Position numbers and translations under genes: made by a program. Shown one piece after another: positions 10,157 to 20,036 of a stretch of 64,000 bases of DNA. Within the stretch, counting starts at the first letter, position 1. Every line of letters begins with the position of its first letter. Below the pieces are notes generated by a model. It worked only from the letters and a program-made list of their open reading frames with translations. It did not search any database and was not told the origin of the DNA. The stretch comes from a virus. Lineage: Duplodnaviria; Caudoviricetes. The DNA lies in the IMG/VR virus record IMGVR_UViG_3300008259_003073; one strand, written 5' to 3'.

Positions 10157-11475
10157 AGCAATTTATTTATATTATTCATTATATTACAATAATGTGTTAT
10201 TAATTTTTGTTTGTTTTCTCGTAATATTACTGTATTTTTTATAAAAACATTTTTAATGTTATCTACATTTTTATCTTTTAAAAAATTCACTATCATATCG
10301 ATTTGTTCTAATTCATTTTTATTTTCAATTCCATTTAATCCAAAATCTTCTAAAAATAAATTTATACCTATTCTATTATATTCTTCATATACTTTATTTG
10401 AACCAAATATTAATGCAAACTTTTCAGATAATACTGGTTTTATTGATTTTTCTGTAAAGAATCCATATTTTAAATTAAAAATACAATGAGTTTCTCCAAC
10501 CACTTCAAAATATGATAAATCGTATTCTTTTTCTCTAAAATAATAAAGTAAATGGTCAAATTCAAATGGAGCATTTAATGGTGTAACATTTATTTCATTT
10601 CGTAAAGATTTGAGTTTATCAAAATTTTTAGTTGTAAAGTATTTTATATGATTATCGGTATGTGTTTTAGTATGGTCTGTGTATATATGCCCTTCACTAA
10701 CCATTTGTGAGTATTCTAATAAAAATTTTTCATTTATACAATTCAAACCTGTTTTTAATATATCAAATTCTTTTGCTTTTAACAAAAATTGAACTCTGTG
10801 AAATCTCGGTTTCAATGCCTGACTAGAATATACATATGGTTTTTCAGCATTATGTGTTATATTGAGATTTTTAAACACATCAGAAAAATTGTTATTATAC
10901 GGTAATTTACCATTAGTATGATGTGGAAATAAAAAATGTGTAAATTGTCCCTCCGCCATTAAATGAAACATACAATAGAATGAATCATAGTGAAAGTTTT
11001 TACCTTCATTAAATAATTCATAGTCTGTTATTTTAATATAATTAAATTTAAAATCATATCTAAAATATTTTTCATCTATTTCATATTCGTTTGCTTCTAA
11101 AAATGCAAAATTGAATAAAACTTTTGTGTTTCTTTCAACATATAATTTTTCCAATTTATCAAATTCAATTGGATTTTTTTTCATCAATGGTAAATAGAAT
11201 TCACTCCATATTTTTCTATCAACCACAATTATTAAATTATCAATTGGGTTTGAATACAATAAATCAAAAGTAGTTATACCATCAAATGATTTTAAATGAT
11301 TTAATATATTATATGGGTTTTGTATATAATGATGTATTTCAATTTCTTCACCACCATTATTTATAACAATTTTATGATGCTTTTCTATTTCTATTACATT
11401 TACAGAAATTAAATTTGCTTCTGGAAACAAATTTTGTAACTCATTATATGTTGCTAATATATTTAGTGACCTCAT
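10153..11475 (-). CDS. Putative GT-B glycosyltransferase with GT10-like nucleotide-sugar motif
   Basis: YFEVVGETH..FFTEKSIKPVLSEKFALIFG resembles alpha-1,3-fucosyltransferase motif FENS..YITEK..PVV.G. Confidence 0.5.
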   Translation of the reverse strand: MRSLNILATYNELQNLFPEANLISVNVIEIEKHHKIVINNGGEEIEIHHYIQNPYNILNHLKSFDGITTFDLLYSNPIDNLIIVVDRKIWSEFYLPLMKKNPIEFDKLEKLYVERNTKVLFNFAFLEANEYEIDEKYFRYDFKFNYIKITDYELFNEGKNFHYDSFYCMFHLMAEGQFTHFLFPHHTNGKLPYNNNFSDVFKNLNITHNAEKPYVYSSQALKPRFHRVQFLLKAKEFDILKTGLNCINEKFLLEYSQMVSEGHIYTDHTKTHTDNHIKYFTTKNFDKLKSLRNEINVTPLNAPFEFDHLLYYFREKEYDLSYFEVVGETHCIFNLKYGFFTEKSIKPVLSEKFALIFGSNKVYEEYNRIGINLFLEDFGLNGIENKNELEQIDMIVNFLKDKNVDNIKNVFIKNTVILRENKQKLITHYCNIMNNINKLL

Positions 11476-12427
11476 TTATCCAATTTTGTTTGTTTGTATA
11501 AAAATATAATCTTGTTGATAGTTTATGAAATTCAGAACTAACTATATCCATATCATCTTCTAAAATTTGTAAATACATTTGATGAAATTCTCCTTTACTA
11601 TTTGCCCTATATTTGTAATCGATGTGTGGCATCCAATCGGTATGTATAATTGGAATTTTACCATTATCAACTGCGTCAAAAATTGCATATCCAAATGGTT
11701 CTTTTGTATAACATCCGTGAAATATTTGAAAATTACTTTCAAAAAACTTTTGATGGAATCGATAATCGAATTCTATAAACCTATGGTAATCTGAATTGAT
11801 TTTAGAACCTTCTAACATTCGTTTGTAATCATATTTGTTTGAAAATATAATTGATGGAATGTAATCTAAATAATGTGCGTTTTTTCTGGTTTCACATCTA
11901 GCAGCATATCCAATTTTGTTAGATATAACGCCTGTAAATGGTTTTTTATTTTTCCATTCGTAATAATTTGTGATTGTAATGGTATTTGGATACATTTTAT
12001 GCATAGTATCGTTTTCATATCCAATCCAAACTATATTATCGGAATTATCTAGTATTTCTTTTTGCCATTTCCAATCCACTTTAGTCATTAGATTTTCATA
12101 CTCATCGTTCAATCCTAACATATCAGGAATAAAAGCATGCACAAAAGTAGTATGAATTTTGTGTAAATAATCTTTCAGTAAATCGTATGGTTTGTAGGGG
12201 TGATGTAAGATTACAATTTTATCACATTGTTGAAAAATTTTACGAACTTCATTATCGTTTTCGTAAGTATAAACCGCACCTTCTTCTCTAATCAAAGGTC
12301 TGCCAACTACAACTATTTTGTAATCTTCTTTTACTAATGGCAATATATTTTCTACAAAGTTATTGCACCAAATATCTGAACCACCAATAATGTTTTTACC
12401 ATAACCTGTTGTGATAAATACTATCAT
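11444..12427 (-). CDS. GT-B glycosyltransferase (GT4-like)
   Basis: IIGGSDIW near N-terminus, HTTFVH, EPFGYAIFDAVDNGKIPII (E-x-F-G..A..G.P). Confidence 0.7.
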   Translation of the reverse strand: MIVFITTGYGKNIIGGSDIWCNNFVENILPLVKEDYKIVVVGRPLIREEGAVYTYENDNEVRKIFQQCDKIVILHHPYKPYDLLKDYLHKIHTTFVHAFIPDMLGLNDEYENLMTKVDWKWQKEILDNSDNIVWIGYENDTMHKMYPNTITITNYYEWKNKKPFTGVISNKIGYAARCETRKNAHYLDYIPSIIFSNKYDYKRMLEGSKINSDYHRFIEFDYRFHQKFFESNFQIFHGCYTKEPFGYAIFDAVDNGKIPIIHTDWMPHIDYKYRANSKGEFHQMYLQILEDDMDIVSSEFHKLSTRLYFYTNKQNWINEVTKYISNI

Positions 12428-12462
12428 ATATAACCACTAATCAATAACTTTTTAATTTCAGA

Positions 12463-12639
12463 TTATTCTGCAGATTCTACGGGAATTAAAATGTATTTGT
12501 GAGTATCACCACATTCGTTTGGTTCATCAAAAATTTCTTGATGTTCGGCAATCCATTCCATTGCTTGCTCATTAGTTAATGATTCACAACCTTCAATGGG
12601 TGTATCTGTTCCTGATAATACTATTTTCCAAAGTTCCAT
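12463..12639 (-). CDS. Small acidic hypothetical protein (58 aa)
   Basis: Hand translation MELWKIVLSGTDTPIEGCES...IPVESAE*; fills gap, preceded by late motif at 12659-12667. Confidence 0.65.
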   Translation of the reverse strand: MELWKIVLSGTDTPIEGCESLTNEQAMEWIAEHQEIFDEPNECGDTHKYILIPVESAE

Positions 12640-12691
12640 AATTGTTAGTTTTATTTAGTATAAATATAATATTTTTTTGATAAAAGTGATA

Positions 12692-13792
12692 TTAGTTCAA
12701 CAGTTTCTTAAAAGTGGTTTCCATTTCCGAATAATCATTTAGGTATTCTATCAACTTATATCTATTTTCTATAGATTTTTCTAAAGAATGATTATATCTT
12801 TCTTCTATTTCATCATCTGATGTATTATATAACCATTCTGAAAACAGATTTATACTTCTTTCCACATCTTGGGCATTTGTTATATTTTGTACAAAATCAA
12901 AATTTAATAAATAAAATCCCATATTTTTAAGTTCATTTAATGTTTCACTACATGCTACTAAAATTATCGGTTTTCCAAAAAATAAACCCTTATATATTTT
13001 TTCTGTAATAAATCTTTCTGGATTATTTCTATAATCCAATGTCTCAAATATTAAATTATAATTACAATATACATAATCATTTATTGCTTCGAAATGTTTG
13101 TACTTTGGATATAACAAATCATACGCATCGTTTGCAGAATCTTTTGGATTTAACATTTTTTCAATTAAAGGATTATTATTAAGAATATCCATTCTCCAGC
13201 TACCAGTACGATGTGCTCTTATATATGAAAATAACTTTGATTTAGATTTATCATATTTAGGTAATGATATATTATTTACCAATTCTTCTAAATAATAATA
13301 TCCAATATAGTATCTGAAATATCTAAATGGAAATAACAAATCAAAATAAAAATTAGATTCCGTTTCCAGTATTGGTCTTTTTGACCCCGAAAGGATTAAA
13401 TCATAATTAATTTCCTGTACTCTTTTTACAAATGCAATATCAAATACTTCACCATAATGCCATATAAATACTTTTTTTATGTTTATATGATTGGTGTTTA
13501 ACTCAAATAGTTTATCCTCTAATAATTTATTTTCTAATTCTCCTGCAAATACTATACATCTATTAAATTTTTTAAAAAATTCAATTGGTTCTTTTATAAA
13601 ATTACTTAAATTGTTGTAAAAATATATTTTACTGTTTAGTTCTTTATGATAGTATATTTGCTTTTCAGAATTATCAAATTTTGTTGCATCAAATTCAGAT
13701 AAATAATCTACATTTTCTTTACCGAACATACCAAGCATTATTGGTAATTGGTTTGAATAAGTTATAAAAACCATTAGATTTTCCTCTATCAT
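12692..13792 (-). CDS. Putative GT-B glycosyltransferase with GT10-like motif (paralog)
   Basis: YNLIFETL..FITEKIYKGLFFGKPIILV..LKNMGF. Confidence 0.55.
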   Translation of the reverse strand: MIEENLMVFITYSNQLPIMLGMFGKENVDYLSEFDATKFDNSEKQIYYHKELNSKIYFYNNLSNFIKEPIEFFKKFNRCIVFAGELENKLLEDKLFELNTNHINIKKVFIWHYGEVFDIAFVKRVQEINYDLILSGSKRPILETESNFYFDLLFPFRYFRYYIGYYYLEELVNNISLPKYDKSKSKLFSYIRAHRTGSWRMDILNNNPLIEKMLNPKDSANDAYDLLYPKYKHFEAINDYVYCNYNLIFETLDYRNNPERFITEKIYKGLFFGKPIILVACSETLNELKNMGFYLLNFDFVQNITNAQDVERSINLFSEWLYNTSDDEIEERYNHSLEKSIENRYKLIEYLNDYSEMETTFKKLLN

Positions 13793-14517
13793 ATTCCTCC
13801 TCCTCCTGAATCTGCTTCAATAAAATGGACAAATATTGCTTGTACATTATTAATATCGTTCCAAGGTATAGTTATTGTCAAATCGGAAACAGTTCCACCA
13901 TCAGAAAAATAAGTATTAAAACTATTAACTGGAGTCCCATCTGGTCCGTTTCCATTGATACTACAATTTTCTATTGTTGGAGATACACCACATTGGTCGG
14001 ATATTCCTCTATATCTTCCACTCGATTTACTATTAACTACAATTTCAAAACCACTTGAATAATTATTTGAGTAATCCCAATAGATATCAAATCTACCACA
14101 CCCACCCAAGCTATTATCATTACCAAGAACTCCTGCCAACGAACGAGGATTAAATGAACCACAATTGGAAACATAAATTGATGTGTAATTGTTATGAATT
14201 TTACTTCTTGGGATTTTTATTTCACCATAAGTATAGGCAAGACTATCTACCATAAAAGCTTGAATTCCACCTGCTAATCCAATGTTGGTTTCAAAATCAA
14301 AAAATAAAGAATTACCAAATCCACTTACATCTTGTGTTTGGTCATTAGCAGAAAATTGTGTCAAATCAGGAATATATTGATTTTCTGCTATATTAGGCCA
14401 ACGAATTTCAATTGGAAAAAATGCGTACGGAGTTGATGAGGTAGGTAAAACAGCACCTTGTCCTGATAAGTGATGTTTTAATTGTATTCTCGATGTTGGT
14501 ATTGTTATAGCTGACAT
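13789..14517 (-). CDS. Hypothetical, probably virion-associated protein
   Basis: 242 aa, G/S/N-rich beta-type composition, 1 nt downstream of tail fibre gene. Confidence 0.5.
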   Translation of the reverse strand: MSAITIPTSRIQLKHHLSGQGAVLPTSSTPYAFFPIEIRWPNIAENQYIPDLTQFSANDQTQDVSGFGNSLFFDFETNIGLAGGIQAFMVDSLAYTYGEIKIPRSKIHNNYTSIYVSNCGSFNPRSLAGVLGNDNSLGGCGRFDIYWDYSNNYSSGFEIVVNSKSSGRYRGISDQCGVSPTIENCSINGNGPDGTPVNSFNTYFSDGGTVSDLTITIPWNDINNVQAIFVHFIEADSGGGGI

Positions 14518-14518
14518 A

Positions 14519-17500
14519 TTACCTATTTAATAACTTTTTAATTGATATTATTTCATTTTTTAATTCAACAATTTCACTATTTTGTTCTTTTATTCCCTCA
14601 ATCAATAAAGCAATTATCTTTTCATAATCAACTCCTAAATACCCATCTCCTTTTTCTCTTACAACTTCTGGTAAAACTTCTTGAATTTCTTGTGCTAAAA
14701 CCCCAACCTCTTGAATATTTTTTGGTTTGTTAGAAATACCGTTCCAATTAAAAGTATATCCTCCAATTTTTTTAATCTTATCCATTGGGTTTGAAATGGG
14801 AATAATATTTTCTTTTAATCTTTTATCAGAACTAGATAGTGCGTACATATCACCAGTTGCTCTAATATCACCATTAATAGTTAATACCCCACTTGATATT
14901 GAGATTTCACCAACTGATAAATTTGTTATTGCACCATTTGTTGCACTTAATGTTGAGAATGTACTCAAACCTGTAAAGTTTGATGACCCTTTTACTGTCA
15001 GAAAATTGGTAGAAGATAAACTGGTATCAACTTTGAATTGGTTTGACCCATACAAAGATTGTAAACCTGCTTGGCAAATTTCAACACTTCTTGGAGCACT
15101 ACCTACCACTGCGTTAACACCACTAAAGTTTGGTGTTTTTAATGTTATACTTTCACCACTAACTAAATAATTTACACCAATTTGATGTTTTATTCTAACA
15201 TCATATGTTCCGCCTGAAGGGATTATTATGGATGCTCCACCAGTAGAAGTTATACTTCTTTCATAATTTGGATTATTATAAAAAACATATCCAGATGCAA
15301 TTAACGCTTCCCCTACACCTACAACTTCCAAACTTATCCAATGATAGGTCTGAACGTAAGTAGCAGTAGATATTTGCATTAAGTACGAAGTACCAAGAGA
15401 GTTTGAAATCATTGCCGATATTTCCGCATCTGTCATAGAAACCTCTGTTCCAGCTGCAACAACACCCGTTGATACGGTATTTGAATTAAAAGTAGTACTC
15501 GCTTCAGCTTGTAAGTTTTGTCCAAATACAGGACCGTTTCTTGTTGTTGAACTTGTGCCACTAAAATCGGATAAAGCGGATGTAGAACTTGCTATTCTAA
15601 ATGAAGTATCATCCGTCATAATTACTGCGTTTCTAGACCCATCTTTTATGAAGAATCCTAAATCGGATGAATTTATTTCAATTGTACCAGTACTAGTTTT
15701 ACTTATCTTATCATTAGAAATTGACCAACCTCCAATTGTAGCACCTAATGCGGATAATTCACTTACTGTTATTTTATTAGCGGTTACCGCGCCAGCTGCT
15801 ATTGTGGTTGCGGTTACTGCGTCAGCTGCAATTTTACCTGCAATAATTGCACCAGCTGCTATTGTGGTTGCAGTTACTGCGTCAGCTGCAATTTTACCTG
15901 CAACTATTGCATTTGCAACTATTTTACCAGAAGTAACTGCATCTGCTGCTATTTTACCTTCCGTTACTGCATTAGCCGCTAATTCTGCATTTGTTACGGT
16001 ACTTAAAGTTGCCAATCCACCTAATCCAGTAACTTGTCCAGTTGATACGGTGTTTTGAGTTGCTAATGTTCCAAGACCAGTAACTTGACCAGTTGTAACA
16101 CTATTTGCAGTTGCTAATGTTCCCAATCCAGTTACTACAGTATTTGGAACTGTACTACCAACACTTAAATTACCAACTATGTTTAGATTTGTTCCATCCC
16201 AAGTTAAAGAATTTGTTGCAGATTTTAAAGAAAGTTTGGAAACTCCACTATCTTGACCTAAAAATATACCAGTATTATTAAACCCTTGAGAGGATTGTCC
16301 AATCGAAATATAAGGATTTGTAGAACCACCCGCTATAGTTATATTTGCCGAACTTAATGTGGTTGAAGTCGTACCAATGTTTATTGTATTTTGAACAAAT
16401 GAATCTTCAAATATACCTATTTTAGCTGCAACAAAGAAATCTTGTGCACCCAATGATATCCAACCCGTTTGTGATGATTGATGTGGTGCACCATCCGCGA
16501 CGTTTCCTGTAGCTGAAAGATGTTGTCTAGTGGTTGCGTAGTAAGTATTATACGGTGGTGAGCCAGTTGAACTCCATAGAACAGTATCTCTTCTACCTGT
16601 CCCAGTTGTTAACCCATCTGAAAATTGGTATGTTCTACCACTTGTCCAAACTCCAGTATGAACTACACCAGGTCCAGTTTGGCCATTGGCACCATTTGCA
16701 CCATTTGCTCCCGTTGCTCCCGTTGCTCCCGTTGCTCCGGTATTACCGATTCCACTTACTCCAACTTCAAAATCAATAGTTCTGCCAGTAAATGCAGTAC
16801 CTTCAGAGTTTCTGTAAGAAATAGTTATTACACCACTTGTACCACTAATACTAGTTGGAGTGTTTGGGGTGATTGTACCATTGCCATTATTTGTAGCGTT
16901 TGTGACACCAGTTATATTAAAAGTATTTGCTCCACTTGTATTGTATGTATAATTTGACCCACCTTCGTTTACTACAACGGTTACATTACTAGGTGTCCCT
17001 ATACCAACTAACGAACCACTAACTACGGTTTGTGATTGTGGATTTGCAGAAATGTTTACAACGGGTGCAGAACTTCTTACTCTAGAAATCGTAGCAGTTA
17101 CATTCTTTGTACCTGAAACACCTTCACTATCGGTGAAATTGACAGGAATTGTTACTGTTCCACTATCGGATGTCATCGAAGATGCATTACTTGAAAACAC
17201 TATTGTATTAGAAGAAACACTACCCGCTAATCCATTTGTATAAGTAGGTGTTCCTAATGATGTAAATCTACTTATACCACCTTCTAATGCAGTTACAGTT
17301 AGGGTTTGTGGTGTAGCTGAACCACTACCACGAGAATTTGATTGGATTGATTGTGCAGTTGGTGAAACTGAAACTTCCACATTTGGTACTCCTCTCTTAC
17401 TTTTTGAATAGGTTACCACCTTTGTTACATCAGTTGTATCTCCTGCTCCATCTTTATATCTTACTAATAACGTTAAAGAACCACTATCGGCAGTTAAAGT

Positions 17501-19759
17501 AGTAATACCATAAGTTGCATCATCAGGTGTTGAATCGTTTGCAATACAATTCACAGCAGTTGCAGAAATTACATCAAATCTATTATTTGTTGATAATCCT
17601 TCCTCTCTTGTAATATCTTCTCCACCAACTTTAACACTTACCGAACCACTTGTTGCTGCAAATGAAGCACTTGCTACAAATCCAGTTGATAATGCTGGTA
17701 ATGTTGCGTTCTCATTTGTAAGATTTACCGATAATCCATCTAATATTTTTACAGGAGTTACTTTTATAGCATCTGAAAATTGATTACCAAATTGGTCTGA
17801 ACCCGAAATGAAGTATGTAGTTTCGCCTGTTAAAAATGGATAAGATGCACCCGATAATGTGTAGGTATCTACTCCGTTTGTCGCATTTGTATCTACAAAT
17901 GTTAACGGTGGTTTACCACTACCCGAATTTACGGTCAATGGAGTTGTTGCCGATGCTAAATTCTTACGTTTAGCTTCGATTGTTATTATTTGACCTACTG
18001 GGTTTAAAGATAAATCAGTTGCTTTATAAATGAATTGGTTTGTATTAGATGTTACAAATAATCCAGGTGCATTTTCACCATCTTCAAATCTGTATACAGT
18101 TTCAAATTGTTCCAATCCCTCACAAGATGCAGTATATACAATTGAACCAACTAATACTGATGATATACTACCACTAAAATTTGCAATAGTTAGTGTTGCA
18201 CCCGCATCACTTACATTTGTTAATGTTCCAGGATAAGTTCCTCCGTATGATGATGGGTCTATGTAATTTCCTAAAGTGTCAAACGCAGACCTACCGTATG
18301 TAACAGAACCTGTTAAATTTGATTTTGAAACCTTAAATCCCAATTGTTGAAAAGCAGGATTACCAAATGAACCACTAGAAAATCTAAATGCAGTTCTATC
18401 CGAATCAAATGTTAATAATTTAGTGGTTATTCCTGCAGTTCCACCTGTAAAATTTGCACTTTGTGTTACCGATACTGGAACAAAATTATTGTTCACATCG
18501 TAAAATTCAAATTTAAAATTATATGTTTCATTACCAATAACTGTAGGCATTGTTGTAATAAACGAAATCTCATCTGGTGAAAATGCGGTATCTTCGGAAA
18601 GTCTTAAACTTATATTTCCAACATGCCATTCTCCTTGTGATTGAGAAAAATATAAAGAACCACTTTCAAAATCAGAATCTACTTTAAAAGGAACTACTGT
18701 ATCTAATAAATTTTTTGTAGGAGTTATTCCATTTAATGTAGTAATTAAAACATCACCCCCATCGGACCCACTTATGTATATTCCTAAATTACTTGCAGTA
18801 GATGATGAATAGAACGCATCCAAATTTAACTCGTAAGTATTTGATGCTTTTATATTCAATGATTGTGAATAAGTTAATAATCCACTTCCATTCAATTTCA
18901 ATCCACCCTCAACTCTACTAGATGTTAATTCAGTGGTTAATGAACCAGTGTTCCAAAATAAAGGCAATACTTCGGATGTAAATGTACCAGTGTTACCTAT
19001 AACACTTCCACTTAATTGTGTAGTTGTTAATAATTCTTTTGATTCTACTAATATATCTTGTATTAAATTAAAATCAGAAATATCTCCTTCAGAAGTTCTA
19101 AATACTTTTACTCTTTTTACATCACCCGCGAATGTTTCTAAATTTGAAAGTTTTATATCAGCAAATGATTGATTTACTCCAGAATCAACTTTTGAACCAC
19201 TTTCTATTCTGTATATTGGGGATAGTATTTCGTTAATAGTGGCAGTTGGTCTTTTATAAAAACGAATTTTGGTAGTATTTGCTAATGTAGGATTAACATT
19301 AACAGTTCTTTGCCACTTTACATTGTAAGTACCCTGCCAATCAATTGGTATAGGTGTTAATAACCCGTTGCCATCATAGTATGAACTTAATTCACCTAGT
19401 ATTGTAATTGTACATGGACCATACGCGGTTGTATCTGGATAAACATATACTGCTACAACTTTTGATACTCCTTCGTAGTATTCTGTAACAAATGTTTCAC
19501 CATCTATGGAAGAGGATACTATACCTTCTCCAGGTTCGTGATATATAGTATTTCCCGCAGCATCTTTAATTTCAATTTTAACTAAAGTATCGGCTACCAA
19601 TTCTTTTGAACCTGCTATTAAAAATGCGTTTTTACCACCAGTAAATGCATCAGGTATTTCTGTTACATTGAAGTAAGTACTGTTTGGAGCACTATCTACT
19701 ACGAATGTATTATACTTGTCTAAATTTTCAGCAAAAAGCGTTTTCTTTATTACGGCCAT
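14519..19759 (-). CDS. Tail fibre protein with collagen-like and helical repeats and C-terminal Peptidase_S74 intramolecular chaperone
   Basis: SSDKRLKENI..GYTFNWN..GVLAQEIQEVLPEVV..VDYEKIIALLIEGIKE; (G-X-Y)n; 10-aa AADAVTxxKI repeats. Confidence 0.88.
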   Translation of the reverse strand: MAVIKKTLFAENLDKYNTFVVDSAPNSTYFNVTEIPDAFTGGKNAFLIAGSKELVADTLVKIEIKDAAGNTIYHEPGEGIVSSSIDGETFVTEYYEGVSKVVAVYVYPDTTAYGPCTITILGELSSYYDGNGLLTPIPIDWQGTYNVKWQRTVNVNPTLANTTKIRFYKRPTATINEILSPIYRIESGSKVDSGVNQSFADIKLSNLETFAGDVKRVKVFRTSEGDISDFNLIQDILVESKELLTTTQLSGSVIGNTGTFTSEVLPLFWNTGSLTTELTSSRVEGGLKLNGSGLLTYSQSLNIKASNTYELNLDAFYSSSTASNLGIYISGSDGGDVLITTLNGITPTKNLLDTVVPFKVDSDFESGSLYFSQSQGEWHVGNISLRLSEDTAFSPDEISFITTMPTVIGNETYNFKFEFYDVNNNFVPVSVTQSANFTGGTAGITTKLLTFDSDRTAFRFSSGSFGNPAFQQLGFKVSKSNLTGSVTYGRSAFDTLGNYIDPSSYGGTYPGTLTNVSDAGATLTIANFSGSISSVLVGSIVYTASCEGLEQFETVYRFEDGENAPGLFVTSNTNQFIYKATDLSLNPVGQIITIEAKRKNLASATTPLTVNSGSGKPPLTFVDTNATNGVDTYTLSGASYPFLTGETTYFISGSDQFGNQFSDAIKVTPVKILDGLSVNLTNENATLPALSTGFVASASFAATSGSVSVKVGGEDITREEGLSTNNRFDVISATAVNCIANDSTPDDATYGITTLTADSGSLTLLVRYKDGAGDTTDVTKVVTYSKSKRGVPNVEVSVSPTAQSIQSNSRGSGSATPQTLTVTALEGGISRFTSLGTPTYTNGLAGSVSSNTIVFSSNASSMTSDSGTVTIPVNFTDSEGVSGTKNVTATISRVRSSAPVVNISANPQSQTVVSGSLVGIGTPSNVTVVVNEGGSNYTYNTSGANTFNITGVTNATNNGNGTITPNTPTSISGTSGVITISYRNSEGTAFTGRTIDFEVGVSGIGNTGATGATGATGANGANGANGQTGPGVVHTGVWTSGRTYQFSDGLTTGTGRRDTVLWSSTGSPPYNTYYATTRQHLSATGNVADGAPHQSSQTGWISLGAQDFFVAAKIGIFEDSFVQNTINIGTTSTTLSSANITIAGGSTNPYISIGQSSQGFNNTGIFLGQDSGVSKLSLKSATNSLTWDGTNLNIVGNLSVGSTVPNTVVTGLGTLATANSVTTGQVTGLGTLATQNTVSTGQVTGLGGLATLSTVTNAELAANAVTEGKIAADAVTSGKIVANAIVAGKIAADAVTATTIAAGAIIAGKIAADAVTATTIAAGAVTANKITVSELSALGATIGGWSISNDKISKTSTGTIEINSSDLGFFIKDGSRNAVIMTDDTSFRIASSTSALSDFSGTSSTTRNGPVFGQNLQAEASTTFNSNTVSTGVVAAGTEVSMTDAEISAMISNSLGTSYLMQISTATYVQTYHWISLEVVGVGEALIASGYVFYNNPNYERSITSTGGASIIIPSGGTYDVRIKHQIGVNYLVSGESITLKTPNFSGVNAVVGSAPRSVEICQAGLQSLYGSNQFKVDTSLSSTNFLTVKGSSNFTGLSTFSTLSATNGAITNLSVGEISISSGVLTINGDIRATGDMYALSSSDKRLKENIIPISNPMDKIKKIGGYTFNWNGISNKPKNIQEVGVLAQEIQEVLPEVVREKGDGYLGVDYEKIIALLIEGIKEQNSEIVELKNEIISIKKLLNR
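15792..15910. repeat. Near-perfect 60-bp tandem duplication inside tail fibre
   Basis: ccagctgctattgtggttgc(g/a)gttactgcgtcagctgcaattttacctgcaa.. occurs twice with 60-nt period. Confidence 0.9.
16672..16750. repeat. Collagen-like G-X-Y repeat (9-bp units)
   Basis: GNTGATGATGATGANGANGANGQTGPG; ttgctcccg repeated. Confidence 0.9.
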
Positions 19760-19775
19760 TATATAATATCTTTAC

Positions 19776-19813
19776 TATAAATATCCTTAAAAAATAAATC
19801 TAACATATTTATA
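19776..19813. promoter_or_regulatory. Divergent pair of ATATTTATA late-type motifs
   Basis: Minus-strand copy 19776-19784 before tail fibre; plus-strand copy 19805-19813 before RHH gene. Confidence 0.6.
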
Positions 19814-19820
19814 TAAAGAA

Positions 19821-19860
19821 AACTAATAAATACTTTAATAAACTAAAGATAACTAAAGAG
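19821..19860 (+). repeat. Four phased 10-bp direct repeats, putative operator
   Basis: AACTAATAAA TACTTTAATA AACTAAAGAT AACTAAAGAG ending 2 nt before ATG. Confidence 0.6.
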
Positions 19861-19862
19861 TT

Positions 19863-20036
19863 ATGAAATACGCAATGTTACAAATCAAAAAAGAAACCCA
19901 CGAACTTCTCAAAAATTATTGTGAAGAACATGGATTTAAAATGGGAAGTTTAGTTGAAAACTTAATTAAGAAACATGTTGGTGTTCCTAAAATTCAAAAC
20001 GGTGTGTTAAAAGCAGATAAAATTAAATCTTTTTAA
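19863..20036 (+). CDS. Ribbon-helix-helix (CopG/Arc-like) DNA-binding protein, 57 aa
   Basis: Hand translation MKYAMLQIKKETHELLKNYCEEHGFKMGSLVENLIKK..; beta-strand then two helices with G turn. Confidence 0.7.
   Translation: MKYAMLQIKKETHELLKNYCEEHGFKMGSLVENLIKKHVGVPKIQNGVLKADKIKSF

Noticed and set aside
16672-16750. Collagen stretch as substrate for the prolyl-hydroxylase-like oxygenases
   Set aside because: The G-X-Y run contains only one Pro, at the last X position, so it offers essentially no hydroxylation sites
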